Assembly: GCA_023421505.1 (NCBI GenBank)
Contig: JAEZTJ010000083.1
Coordinates: 6,515 to 70,514, forward strand
Reading direction: 5' to 3'
DNA length: 64,000 nucleotides
Source of the DNA: Bacillota bacterium
GTDB taxonomy: Bacteria; Bacillota; Clostridia; Lachnospirales; Lachnospiraceae
The position numbers were made by a program, and so were the translations under genes. Numbering within the stretch: the first letter of the stretch is position 1; each line of letters begins with the position of its first letter. This document shows, piece after piece, positions 29,764-39,943 of the stretch. Below the pieces are notes generated by a model. That model had not been told where the DNA came from. It saw only the letters and a program-made list of their open reading frames with translations, and did not search any database.

Positions 29764-32073
29764 ATGCGAAGGAAAATTATTTGTACAGCTTTAGCAGTAA
29801 TATTATTGATTCTCGGAAAATTTATGCTGCAGGAAGACTATCTATCCTTTTTGCAATGGTGGGCTACAGTTGCATGCATCGGTATTATATTTCTTCCGAT
29901 ATCTATCTTACTATTTGATAGATTTAACGATAAAGGCTATTTATTTGCAAAAACAATTGGTATTGCAGTTACCGGTTATATAATGTGGCTGTTATCCTCT
30001 TTGCATATTCTAAAATTCACCACCGTCTCCTGTATTTTAAGTGTATTGATAGGTTCTGTCTTCAATGGAAGTGTTCTGTTTTTTGTGATAAAAAAGAAAA
30101 AATCTGAAGACAAAGTCGGTTTAAACACGTTAAAGATAAAAGAAAGCGTATTTAATCATATACTGACTGAGGAAATAATATTTTTTGCATTGTTCTTATT
30201 ATTTACCTATATCAGAGGCTTTAAGCCAGAGGCATATGGTACCGAGAAATTCATGGATTACGGCTTTATGACCAGTATGATGCGTAGTGAATATATGCCG
30301 CCGCAGGATTTTTGGTTTTCTGGTACGAAGCTAAATTATTATTATGTTGGTCAATTTCTATCTACTTTTCTTACAAAGCTGTCCTCAGTAAAGGTATCCT
30401 TAGGCTATAATCTGATGCTGATGATGATCGGAGCTTTTGGCTTTGTACTGCCTTATTCCCTGGTCTATCAAATGATTAAGCAGTTTCAAGAAAAGAAGGC
30501 AAAAAGACATAGGATTATTCCGGTGATCAGTGCAATCTTAGCAGGTACTGGTGTATGCATAGCCGGTAATATGCATTATCCTACTTATAAATGGTTTGAA
30601 GCAGGTGTCCGTAAATTTTTTGGTATGGAAGCAAGTAAGGATAAATACTGGTTCCCGGATGCCACTAGATTTATCGGTTACCATCCTGAAACCAATGACA
30701 AGACAATTCATGAATTTCCAAGCTACTCCTTTGTACTTGGTGATCTTCATGCGCATGTAATAAATATTATGTTTGTTGTGACAGTATTAGCGATTTTATT
30801 TGCATGGATGGGGACAAGAAGAAATCTTCAAGATAAAAAGGCATTGAATTTAAAAGCGATACTAAGTCCTGCAATTATTATGATAGCATTTTTTATCGGA
30901 CACTTTCATACGACAAATTTTTGGGATTTTCCTATTTATTTTGTGGTTTCCGGAGCGGTTATTCTATTTACCAATCTGATTGTATATAATTTTAAGGGAA
31001 TAGCGTTGGGAGAGACAGCCTTACAGGGGATTTTTGTATTCGGCTTCTCGGAAATCGTTGCTTTACCTTTTACTCTTAATTTTAATAAGATATCAACGCG
31101 GTTAGTATTAGCAGTGGCCCATACTCCGTTAAACCAGCTTATTATCCTATGGGGATTACCGATCTTTACTGTAATAGCCTTTTTATGTTTTATGATTGCT
31201 AATTATCGTAGAAAAAGAAAGGTGGAAGTTGACCGGGAAGAGGATAGTCAGGAGCTGAAAGAGCAAAAGCCTGCTTTATTTCATTTTATGTCTACACTTA
31301 CAAGCTCCGACTTATTTATTATCACCATCGGGTTATGTGCAATCGGTCTGATTATATTACCAGAAATTATCTATATTGAGGATATCTACAACGGAGATTA
31401 TAAAAGAGCAAATACTATGTTTAAGCTTACTTATCAGGCTTTTATCATGTTTGGTATTTGTTTTGGATATATCTTAATCAGACTGCTATGTTATGGTAAT
31501 ACAAAACGGCAGAAGAAGACTGCAATTACGGTTTTAATTCTATTTTTACTTACCGTTTGCTACGCTCAGAATGCAGTAAAAAGTTGGTATGGTAATATAT
31601 TCAACCGGAAGGGCTATGAGGGTCTTGATTGTACAACCTTCCTACAGACGAATACGAATATGATGGATGATGTTGGAGCAATCAACTGGTTGAAGGAACA
31701 TATTACCGGAATGCAGGTAGTTTTGGAAGCAAACGGTGACAGTTATAGTGATTATGAGAGAGTATCTGTCATGACAGGACTTCCCACTATCCTGGGTTGG
31801 CGTACACATGAATGGTTATGGAAAACTGATACAGTGGTACTGGATGAAAGAACTGCAGATATAGAAAGTATCTATACTTCTACTGATATTACTGTGGTAC
31901 AGCAGCTCATCAAAAAATACGAGGTAGCGTATATCTATGTTGGGAAGCTGGAGCAGGATAAATTCACCTCCATTAATCATGAATTACTTAAGAGCCTAGG
32001 GGATGTAGTATATATAAGCCCTTCTTCGGCAGAGAAAGCATATGAGACTTACATCGTTAAGATAAACTACTAA
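29764..32073 (+). CDS. DUF2298 / YYY-motif membrane protein (GT-C-like)
   Basis: EKFMD, LNYYYVG, TIHEFPSYSFVLGDLHAH, NFWDFP, NTMFKL, LGWRTHE motifs. Confidence 0.8.
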   Translation: MRRKIICTALAVILLILGKFMLQEDYLSFLQWWATVACIGIIFLPISILLFDRFNDKGYLFAKTIGIAVTGYIMWLLSSLHILKFTTVSCILSVLIGSVFNGSVLFFVIKKKKSEDKVGLNTLKIKESVFNHILTEEIIFFALFLLFTYIRGFKPEAYGTEKFMDYGFMTSMMRSEYMPPQDFWFSGTKLNYYYVGQFLSTFLTKLSSVKVSLGYNLMLMMIGAFGFVLPYSLVYQMIKQFQEKKAKRHRIIPVISAILAGTGVCIAGNMHYPTYKWFEAGVRKFFGMEASKDKYWFPDATRFIGYHPETNDKTIHEFPSYSFVLGDLHAHVINIMFVVTVLAILFAWMGTRRNLQDKKALNLKAILSPAIIMIAFFIGHFHTTNFWDFPIYFVVSGAVILFTNLIVYNFKGIALGETALQGIFVFGFSEIVALPFTLNFNKISTRLVLAVAHTPLNQLIILWGLPIFTVIAFLCFMIANYRRKRKVEVDREEDSQELKEQKPALFHFMSTLTSSDLFIITIGLCAIGLIILPEIIYIEDIYNGDYKRANTMFKLTYQAFIMFGICFGYILIRLLCYGNTKRQKKTAITVLILFLLTVCYAQNAVKSWYGNIFNRKGYEGLDCTTFLQTNTNMMDDVGAINWLKEHITGMQVVLEANGDSYSDYERVSVMTGLPTILGWRTHEWLWKTDTVVLDERTADIESIYTSTDITVVQQLIKKYEVAYIYVGKLEQDKFTSINHELLKSLGDVVYISPSSAEKAYETYIVKINY

Positions 32074-32197
32074 TAGACAGCGGGTTTACAACTAGCGAAA
32101 CGAACATAGGACTTAAGGAAGAGTGAAAATAAAATTATTTTCACAAAGTGAATTATATTTATAATTCACTTTGCCTTACGGCAACATGGAGGTTATT

Positions 32198-33514
32198 ATG
32201 CAAAATCAAGGTAAAAAGTATTCCGCTTTACGATTGCTGTTCTTTTTTATATGCTTTTGGATTTTATTTAATGTAACAGGGATACAAAAAGTAATGGCGC
32301 AAGTGCAAGAGAAAAATCCTTATCTGCTTAAAGTAAACAGAGTTTATAATACAATCACTGCTTATGAGCCGGATGATAAGGGAGAATATACTGTTCCGGT
32401 GAGAGCCATGCTTTGTTCTGTCGGCGCAAAAGGACAGACAAAATTAGGGACCTTTCAGACAAAGGAAAAATATCGATGGAAGCTTTTGATGGGTGATGTA
32501 TGGGGTCAATACTCTACCAGAATAATTGGCGGTATTTTGTTTCATTCTGTTTATTACTACGAAAATGGAAATCCTGGATCGCTTGCAACGAAGGAATTTA
32601 ATAAATTAGGAACGGCTGCATCTCATGGCTGTATACGACTGGCTGTAAAGGATGCGAAATGGATTTATGATAATTGTGCTGTGGGTACAACCGTTGTAAT
32701 TTATGATGATAAGAAGAGCCCGGGCCCGCTTGGCAAGCCTGAATCGATCAAAATTGCTTCAAATGTACGTTGGGATCCCACAGACCCGGATAAAACAAAT
32801 CCATTTGCGGATAAAAAGCCAGTTATTACTGGTGTTAAAAATGCAAAAACGGCTTGGAATAAAGAAATCAATTTACTTAAGGGAATAAAAGCTACTTCAT
32901 CGGTTGGAACTGATATTACAAAAGCGGTATCGCTAATAGGAAAGGTTGATTTTACAATACCCGGCAAGTATAAGGTAAAATATTCGGTTACGGATATCTT
33001 GGGCAAAACAATCACAAAGGCAGCGACAATTACTGTGGAGAATAACAAGGTAGCTCCCGAGTTCTCAGGAATCAATGATCGTATTATTAGTGCAGATACG
33101 ATTGTAGATGAAGATTTTGCACTGCAGGATATAGAAGCAACCTGTGCAGGAATAAAAGCAGATAAAGAAAGCTTCGAGGTAACCATTGATCAGGTAAGTG
33201 AAACAAAATATTACATAACCTATAGGGCAAGTATCGGACATGGACCTGTAGCAGAAGCGTATGCAAATTATATAATCGATAATGAGGCTCCTGTTTTTAC
33301 AGGAATACAGGATTATGCTTTAGAAGCAGATGAATATCCAAGTAAAAGCTTTTTGTTAGAAAATGTAACGGTAACAGATAATTACACACCAGAAGAAGAC
33401 ATTATTATTGATGTAATAGTTACTGAAAATCTGGATGGAACGTATCTAGTCACTTACGAAGCAACTGATGAGGCTGGTAACAAAGCAATTGAGCAGGCAA
33501 GTATAATTAATTAA
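32198..33514 (+). CDS. L,D-transpeptidase (YkuD) with C-terminal Ig-like repeats
   Basis: Signal peptide, ILFHS...SHGCIRL, DUF5011-like YTVTD/ATDEAGN repeats. Confidence 0.88.
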   Translation: MQNQGKKYSALRLLFFFICFWILFNVTGIQKVMAQVQEKNPYLLKVNRVYNTITAYEPDDKGEYTVPVRAMLCSVGAKGQTKLGTFQTKEKYRWKLLMGDVWGQYSTRIIGGILFHSVYYYENGNPGSLATKEFNKLGTAASHGCIRLAVKDAKWIYDNCAVGTTVVIYDDKKSPGPLGKPESIKIASNVRWDPTDPDKTNPFADKKPVITGVKNAKTAWNKEINLLKGIKATSSVGTDITKAVSLIGKVDFTIPGKYKVKYSVTDILGKTITKAATITVENNKVAPEFSGINDRIISADTIVDEDFALQDIEATCAGIKADKESFEVTIDQVSETKYYITYRASIGHGPVAEAYANYIIDNEAPVFTGIQDYALEADEYPSKSFLLENVTVTDNYTPEEDIIIDVIVTENLDGTYLVTYEATDEAGNKAIEQASIIN

Positions 33515-33555
33515 AAAAAGTTATAAAATATGTTTGTAAATGGGGAGCGATACAT

Positions 33556-34092
33556 ATGATATCTACATGGGCAAAAGCGAAAGTGCCGGATATAATGACA
33601 CTTTTTAGCTGGTTTATTATTTATAGTTATATAGGTTGGGTATATGAGACGATATACTGCTCCATGGATTTAGGAAGATATGTAGACAGAGGTTTTTTAA
33701 ATGGTCCACTATGTCCTATCTATGGCTTATGTATCGTTTCAGCTGTGGTTTTATTTACAAATAAGTTTAAAAGTAATATAACGCTATTCTTAGCTTGTGC
33801 TTTACTGGCATCTGCTTTAGAATATATTACATCCTTATGGATGGAATTGGTATTCGGTAGAAGATGGTGGAACTATTCTGACAAGCTGTTAAACATAAAC
33901 GGAAGAATATGTATTGAAGCTGCATTTGTTTTTGGAATATGCGGAGTACTGGTAGTACGGTATTTGCATCCTAGAATGGTTCGCTATATCAATGAAAACT
34001 TTCATGTCAGTACAGTAAAAAAAGCAAATGGAGCAATTATATTCATCTTAATACTGGATATTTTAGTAACTTTTCAAATGAATTTACAGTAA
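33556..34092 (+). CDS. Membrane protein of the 'putative ABC transporter permease' (ABC_trans_CmpB-like) family
   Basis: GWVYE, RGFLNGPLCPIYG, LEY, RWWNYS, NGRIC motifs. Confidence 0.8.
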   Translation: MISTWAKAKVPDIMTLFSWFIIYSYIGWVYETIYCSMDLGRYVDRGFLNGPLCPIYGLCIVSAVVLFTNKFKSNITLFLACALLASALEYITSLWMELVFGRRWWNYSDKLLNINGRICIEAAFVFGICGVLVVRYLHPRMVRYINENFHVSTVKKANGAIIFILILDILVTFQMNLQ

Positions 34093-34123
34093 CAGCCGTA
34101 GGAGCGGCAGAACGGAGGATATT

Positions 34124-35482
34124 ATGAGTAAATATACTGAAATTACCCCCGAGCTTTTAGAGCTATCCGAATTATGTAAAACAAATAGCGTAATAAATCC
34201 CGAATTATATGCAAAATATGATGTTAAGCGTGGACTTAGGGATGTAAGCGGTAAAGGAGTATTGACCGGCCTTACAGAGATTTGTGAGATAATTTCCTAT
34301 ACCATAGTTGATAACGACTACGTACCTTGTGAAGGAAAGCTATACTATAGAGGAATAGACGTAGAGAAATTTATTGATGGCTTTACAAAGGAAAATCGTT
34401 TTGGATTTGAAGAAGCCACATATCTACTGTTATTTGGTAATCTCCCGTCTAGGGATCAGGTGGAACAGTTTAATAAACTTTTAGAAAAATACAGAGAGCT
34501 GCCGCCAAGCTTTGTCCGTGATGTAATCATGAAGGCACCCAGTCAGGATATGATGAATACGCTGGCAAGAAGTGTGCTTACATTATATTCTTATGATGAA
34601 AAGGCAGATGATATATCAATAGAGAATGTACTGCGCCAAAGTCTGCAGCTTATTTCTGTTTTCCCTCTACTATCCGTATATGGTTATCATGCTTTTAGCC
34701 ATTACCATAATGGCAAGAGTCTGGTAATTCATCCTCCCAAGGAAGGATTATCTACTGCGGAGAATATACTTTATATGTTAAGACCTAATATGAAATATAC
34801 GCAGCTAGAAGCAAAGATTTTGGATATTGCACTTGTTCTGCATGCTGAGCATGGCGGCGGAAATAATTCCACCTTTACAACTCATGTAGTTACTTCTTCA
34901 GGAACGGATTCCTATTCTACGGTAGCTGCATCGCTTGGTTCCTTAAAGGGGCCTAAGCATGGTGGTGCTAATATAAAAGTTATGCAGATGTTTGATGATA
35001 TGAAGGAAAACATCAAAGACTGGGAGGATGAAGAAGAGGTAAGCACTTACCTTGCAGATTTATTAAATAAGAAAGCTTTTGATAAATCTGGTCTGATCTA
35101 TGGTATGGGACATGCAGTATATTCTATTTCTGATCCTAGAGCTAATGTCCTAAAGCAATATGTAAAAAGTTTGTCTGAAGAAAAGGATATGCTAAAGGAA
35201 TACAATTTGTATGAAATGGTAGAACGTTTGGCTCCTGAGATCATCGGAAGAGAAAGAAAAATGTATAAGGGAGTCAGTGCGAACGTTGATTTTTATAGCG
35301 GGTTTGTGTATCATATGCTGGATTTGCCCAAAGAGCTTTATACACCTATCTTTGCAATCGCGAGAATATCAGGTTGGAGTGCTCACCGTTTGGAAGAACT
35401 GATTAATGCAGGTAAAATCATAAGACCTGCATATAAAAGTGTTACAAAGCTTAGAGAATATACACCGATGGACCAAAGATAA
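34124..35482 (+). CDS. Citrate synthase (clostridial citrate/2-methylcitrate synthase type)
   Basis: LHAEHGGGNNST, GPKHGGAN, GMGHAVY, DPRA, NVDFYSG. Confidence 0.92.
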   Translation: MSKYTEITPELLELSELCKTNSVINPELYAKYDVKRGLRDVSGKGVLTGLTEICEIISYTIVDNDYVPCEGKLYYRGIDVEKFIDGFTKENRFGFEEATYLLLFGNLPSRDQVEQFNKLLEKYRELPPSFVRDVIMKAPSQDMMNTLARSVLTLYSYDEKADDISIENVLRQSLQLISVFPLLSVYGYHAFSHYHNGKSLVIHPPKEGLSTAENILYMLRPNMKYTQLEAKILDIALVLHAEHGGGNNSTFTTHVVTSSGTDSYSTVAASLGSLKGPKHGGANIKVMQMFDDMKENIKDWEDEEEVSTYLADLLNKKAFDKSGLIYGMGHAVYSISDPRANVLKQYVKSLSEEKDMLKEYNLYEMVERLAPEIIGRERKMYKGVSANVDFYSGFVYHMLDLPKELYTPIFAIARISGWSAHRLEELINAGKIIRPAYKSVTKLREYTPMDQR

Positions 35483-36001
35483 ATGGAGTTAATGATGAAA
35501 AACGTTAAGCTATATATTGTTATATTTCCACTATGGTTAATTCTTTTTTTTCCGCCGGTACTATTTATAGCACTGGCCGGTAATTTCATTATTGATTCAC
35601 TGGTAGTTGTCGCCTGCTATTATATTTATAAGGTTAAGAATACGCAGATTAAAATGATAAATTTTTATAAAAAAAGTATCCTAAAAGTTTGGATATTTGG
35701 TTTTGTAGCTGATGCATTCGGAGCGATCCTATTGTTAATTAGCGTATGGAATGATAATATTTTTCCTTATAAAATCACATCAGCGATTAATTACAATGCC
35801 TTCAGACATCCTGTAGCATTAATTATTGTGATATTTGCGATGTTACTTGCATCTACGTTTATATTCTTTTTTAATTATAGAATTATTTTCTATAAAGTGA
35901 TTGAAAATAAAATTTTAAGATTTAGAATTGCTATTACAATAGCTATTATAACGATACCTTGGACTTTTATTATACCAACAAGCTGCTTTACTCGCTATTA
36001 A
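35483..36001 (+). CDS. Hypothetical membrane protein
   Basis: Four to five hydrophobic segments; abuts citrate synthase. Confidence 0.7.
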   Translation: MELMMKNVKLYIVIFPLWLILFFPPVLFIALAGNFIIDSLVVVACYYIYKVKNTQIKMINFYKKSILKVWIFGFVADAFGAILLLISVWNDNIFPYKITSAINYNAFRHPVALIIVIFAMLLASTFIFFFNYRIIFYKVIENKILRFRIAITIAIITIPWTFIIPTSCFTRY

Positions 36002-36210
36002 AATATGTTAAAATTGTATTTATTTACAGAATAAAAAGAAATATATTCTAGCGTATTTTAATTCTTTTTGCGCATACTATTAGCGTAACATCTTAATGAA
36101 ATAATTGAATAAATGAAATAAAGTAATTTATTATTACATTTCATTAAGCAGTAAACAACAACACAAATTATTTTGAAATCATTTTCAAAATATGGAATGG
36201 AGGAGTTTAT

Positions 36211-36411
36211 ATGTCAAGAAGAAACAGAGCAGAGGTTCCTGAAGCGAAGGAAGCGCTAGACAGATTTAAGTACGAAGTTGCAAACGAACTTGGCGTACCG
36301 TTAAAGCAAGGCTACAACGGTGACTTAACTTCTAAGCAGAATGGTTCTGTTGGTGGTTACATGGTTAAGAAAATGATCCAGGATGCTGAAAAAAGAATGG
36401 CTGGTAAATAA
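36211..36411 (+). CDS. Alpha/beta-type small acid-soluble spore protein
   Basis: FKYEVANELGV, LTSKQNGSVGGYMVKKMI. Confidence 0.95.
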   Translation: MSRRNRAEVPEAKEALDRFKYEVANELGVPLKQGYNGDLTSKQNGSVGGYMVKKMIQDAEKRMAGK

Positions 36412-36435
36412 TAAAATTAAACTAGATTAATATGG

Positions 36436-36506
36436 ATAACGGCTGTTATAAATAACAGCCGTTATAAAAAAATAAGTGAATTGGTAATCCGGTTCACTTA
36501 TTTTTT
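36436..36506 (+). terminator. Tandem hairpins/terminator after SASP gene
   Basis: ataacggctgtta-taaa-taacagccgttat, then aaaaaataagtgaa...ttcacttatttttt. Confidence 0.75.
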
Positions 36507-36727
36507 GTCTCCATATTGATAAAATAACAAATAAAATGTATCATTTTGCGATTAGTAAAGGTAAGCATTCAAAATGCTTTAAATTATATAAAGCTTACCT
36601 GTTAACGACATTCTTTCTTGTGAAATATTCGAAAAAAGCATTGAAATATTTGAAAGGATAGGATACACTTACTATTGAAAAATATAATTATTATTATAAA
36701 ATTGATTTATAGTCACGGAGAAAAAGT

Positions 36728-37282
36728 ATGAGAGTGATAGCAGGAAAAGCAAGAAGACTGCAGTTAAAAACACCAGAAGGCTTTGAAACCAGACCTACGA
36801 CAGATAAAACAAAAGAAACCTTGTTTAATATATTAAATCCTTATCTGGCAGATGCGGATTTTTTGGATCTGTTTGCAGGAAGTGGTGCAATCGGTATAGA
36901 AGCCTTATCTAGAGGTGCAAAGTATGCAGCTTTTGTTGAGGATAATAAGGCAGCTTTAGACTGTATAAAAGCTAATCTCCGTACGACTAGGCTTGAACAC
37001 GATGCAGAAGTATTTCCAAATACTGTTTTAGATACGATACGTATATTGGAGATTAAAGGAAAGGTTTTTGATGTTGTTTTTATGGATCCGCCCTATAATC
37101 AAAGGTTAGAAAAAGAAGCACTTCTGGCACTACAGCAATCAACCATTATTTACTGTGATACAATTATCGTGATAGAAGCTTCTTTAAAAACCAATTTTGA
37201 TTATCTTGATGAAACAAAATTTCACATCTTTAAAAAGAAAGAATACAAAACGAACCAACATGTATTCATAGAGATGAAATAA
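36728..37282 (+). CDS. rsmD: 16S rRNA m2G966 methyltransferase
   Basis: [33 protein letters not shown]. Confidence 0.95.
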   Translation: MRVIAGKARRLQLKTPEGFETRPTTDKTKETLFNILNPYLADADFLDLFAGSGAIGIEALSRGAKYAAFVEDNKAALDCIKANLRTTRLEHDAEVFPNTVLDTIRILEIKGKVFDVVFMDPPYNQRLEKEALLALQQSTIIYCDTIIVIEASLKTNFDYLDETKFHIFKKKEYKTNQHVFIEMK

Positions 37283-37329
37283 GAGCGGATTACAATCGAA
37301 TTGCCGAAGATCGGCACCTGGAGGTACAC

Positions 37330-37830
37330 ATGAAAATCGGTATTTATCCCGGCAGCTTTGATCCGATAACCCTAGGCCATTTAGACATTATTGTTCGTGC
37401 TTCGGGACTGGTAGATAAGCTGATTATCGGAGTATTAAAAAACAGTGCAAAGAAACCTTTATTTTCTGCAGAAGAACGAGTTGAATTAATTAAAAGAGCT
37501 ATTTATGAGAAAACCAATATAACTGATATTCAGGTGGATGCTTTTGATGGGCTGCTCATAGATTTTGCGGAAAAGGAGAATGCATCTATAATAGTCAGAG
37601 GGCTACGGGCTATTACTGATTTTGAATATGAATTACAGATTGCGCAGACCAATCACAAATTAAATGCTAAGATTGACACTGTATTTTTTACTACAAGTGT
37701 TGAGTATTCTTATTTAAGCTCGAGTGCAGTGAAGGAAATCGCTAGTTTTGGGGGAGATATCAGACAATTTGTTCCGGAATGTATTGTACAGTCTGTCTAC
37801 GATAAATATGAATCAGTAAGGAGTATTTAA
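37330..37830 (+). CDS. coaD: Phosphopantetheine adenylyltransferase
   Basis: [27 protein letters not shown]. Confidence 0.96.
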   Translation: MKIGIYPGSFDPITLGHLDIIVRASGLVDKLIIGVLKNSAKKPLFSAEERVELIKRAIYEKTNITDIQVDAFDGLLIDFAEKENASIIVRGLRAITDFEYELQIAQTNHKLNAKIDTVFFTTSVEYSYLSSSAVKEIASFGGDIRQFVPECIVQSVYDKYESVRSI

Positions 37831-37831
37831 A

Positions 37832-38467
37832 ATGGGAGCAAGCAGAATAGAGCAGTTAATTGAAGATATTTATGAATTTGTAGAAAGCTGCAGAATGCAG
37901 CCGTTATCAAGTACGAAGGTTATCGTTCCCAAGGATGAATTATATGATTTATTGGACGAGCTTCGCTTAAGAACACCGGATGAGATCAAGCGTTATCAGA
38001 AGATAATCTCTAACAGGGATGCAATCATTGCAGATGCCGAGGAGAAAGCCGAAGCAATTTTAAGACAGACGAAGGATAAAGCTAAAGATCTACTGAATGA
38101 GCATGAAATCATGCAGCAGGCTTATTATCAAGCAAACGAAATGATTATGCAAGCTTCTGAAGAAGCTGAAAGGATGCGTAAGGAAGCTGCTGAGGAAGCA
38201 GAGCAGATTAGAACTGGCGCTTTGGTTTATTCCAATGATGTTTTAACCGAGGTGGAACGGGTGCTGGCTAATGCTTATGAAACAGCAGCAACGAAATATG
38301 ACAGCTTTATCGGCACGTTAAAAAATAATTTAGAAATTATAAATAATAATCGAAGAGAACTTAATGAACAGCTATATCCGCAAGCCCATAATGGTATGCA
38401 GGAAGAAGCCTATACAGATAATGATTTTGAATTTGATGAAAATACCTTTTTAAATGATGTAGAATAA
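37832..38467 (+). CDS. Coiled-coil protein typically found after coaD in clostridia
   Basis: Long heptad-like A/E/Q-rich helix, coupled to coaD. Confidence 0.75.
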   Translation: MGASRIEQLIEDIYEFVESCRMQPLSSTKVIVPKDELYDLLDELRLRTPDEIKRYQKIISNRDAIIADAEEKAEAILRQTKDKAKDLLNEHEIMQQAYYQANEMIMQASEEAERMRKEAAEEAEQIRTGALVYSNDVLTEVERVLANAYETAATKYDSFIGTLKNNLEIINNNRRELNEQLYPQAHNGMQEEAYTDNDFEFDENTFLNDVE

Positions 38468-38500
38468 GGAATTCATTGATACAATGATCCAGCAGATCGA

Positions 38501-39481
38501 TTATGATATTGGAAATAATGATACATAAAGTAGCGCAAAGGTCATTGCGATCATTGCACTCATTAGTTTAACAATAATATAGGATTTTATAGATAGTCTT
38601 GTGTCTCCCAGTACACTCCTTGTTTGGGCAATTCCCGAAAAGCCGCCAAAGGAGGTGATTATGGAGACCAGGACTATTTTTGTATTGATATCAAGACTTG
38701 TATTACAGATCTGATTAATACCAGTAGTAATCTCCATAATTCCCATAAGAATAGCTTTTATAAAACTTGTTTCTGGGCCGATTTCTTTGATTATCTGAGC
38801 TAAAATAGAGAATAATATGATATAACCACCAATTTTTGTAACGATTTCAAAGCCATTCATAATGGAGTGGTCTAAGATCTCAAAGGAAAAGCGGCCCTCA
38901 TGAACTTTACTTAAATCAGCAGAGATTTTGAAGGATACGTTTTTTTCAATCATTTTGTTCTGTCGCTGAAAAAGTTGTCTGTAAAGTAAGGCGCTGATTA
39001 CAGCAGACCCATAAATGATAGCAAAGAGGGCATAGCTGATAGCTTGGAGCTTTAACTGAGTAATGGATATATATCCTATAATAAACATAGGGCTGGCGTT
39101 GTTGCACATGCTATAAAGGAAATGACCTTCTTTTAGGGAGATTTTGTTTTCAGCTACCAAGTCTGCAGTGGATTTTGCACCCATTGGGATTCCGGACAGA
39201 AAACCAATCACAATCGGATAACAGCCTTCATAACTAATATGGAGTAGTCTCCCCAGTATAGGATGGAATATCCTGCTGATCTGTCGGGTTATATTTAGGC
39301 GTACCATCAGGTTTGATATAATAATAAATGGAAGCAGATTAGGAAGTACGTTGTGAAACCATAATAATAGACCGGAGCTGGCTCCTTGAAAGGAAGCTCC
39401 GGGAAATAACAGCATAGAGGCTAAGAACAACAGAATCAGGCCTTTTATGAACACATTTTTATATTTCCTCATAAAATTCAT
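38501..39481 (-). CDS. ylbJ: Sporulation integral membrane protein YlbJ-like (nucleoside-recognition Gate domain)
   Basis: GLLLWF..VLPNLLPF, GIPMGAK, NNASPMF, EITTG, FGGFS. Start ATG 39481. Confidence 0.8.
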   Translation of the reverse strand: MNFMRKYKNVFIKGLILLFLASMLLFPGASFQGASSGLLLWFHNVLPNLLPFIIISNLMVRLNITRQISRIFHPILGRLLHISYEGCYPIVIGFLSGIPMGAKSTADLVAENKISLKEGHFLYSMCNNASPMFIIGYISITQLKLQAISYALFAIIYGSAVISALLYRQLFQRQNKMIEKNVSFKISADLSKVHEGRFSFEILDHSIMNGFEIVTKIGGYIILFSILAQIIKEIGPETSFIKAILMGIMEITTGINQICNTSLDINTKIVLVSIITSFGGFSGIAQTRSVLGDTRLSIKSYIIVKLMSAMIAMTFALLYVSLFPIS

Positions 39482-39638
39482 ATAAACCCTCCATACTGCC
39501 AATAGGCAGCTCAATCCTCAATTTCGTTGCAAACCGTGTATTTTAGTATATCTTTAAGAGACGATTGCTACAAATATCTTGAAGATAAGAGAGATGTTTT
39601 ATATAATTTATTGGAAAGATATACAAAATATTCGAGTA

Positions 39639-39860
39639 TAGTGTGAATTGTTAAAAAGAACAATTCACACCTAGAAGTTTGTGCCTATGTAACCAAAGTG
39701 TGCAAGCGCACTTGGCACAAACTAATTCAAAGGGAAGGCTTGTTATGTAAGAGTGAATTGTTAAAAAGAACAATTTACACCTAGAAGTTTGTGCCTGCGT
39801 AACCAAAGTGTGCAAGCACGCTTAGCACAAACTAATACAAAGGGTAGGCGTGTTATGTTA
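39639..39860 (+). repeat. Modular palindromic repeat, locus 3 (two tandem 110-bp A-B units)
   Basis: gtgtgaattg at 39641 and gagtgaattg at 39751, near-identical units. Confidence 0.92.
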
Positions 39861-39943
39861 ATGGAAAGAAAATAGACAGTAATAGGAATGTATATGCTTA
39901 ATTTAATAATATCTTTTCGAAAAGGGATAAAGGAGATACCGTT

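Noticed and set aside
36051..36079. SigG promoter for the SASP gene
   Set aside because: The CATACTA -10 is present, but the GTATT -35 candidate is only 15 bp away rather than about 18. Plausible but not supportable.
39639..39860. Tandem palindromic units as a CRISPR array
   Set aside because: The sequence between palindromes is conserved rather than unique spacers, there are only two units, copies are dispersed, and no cas genes are present.
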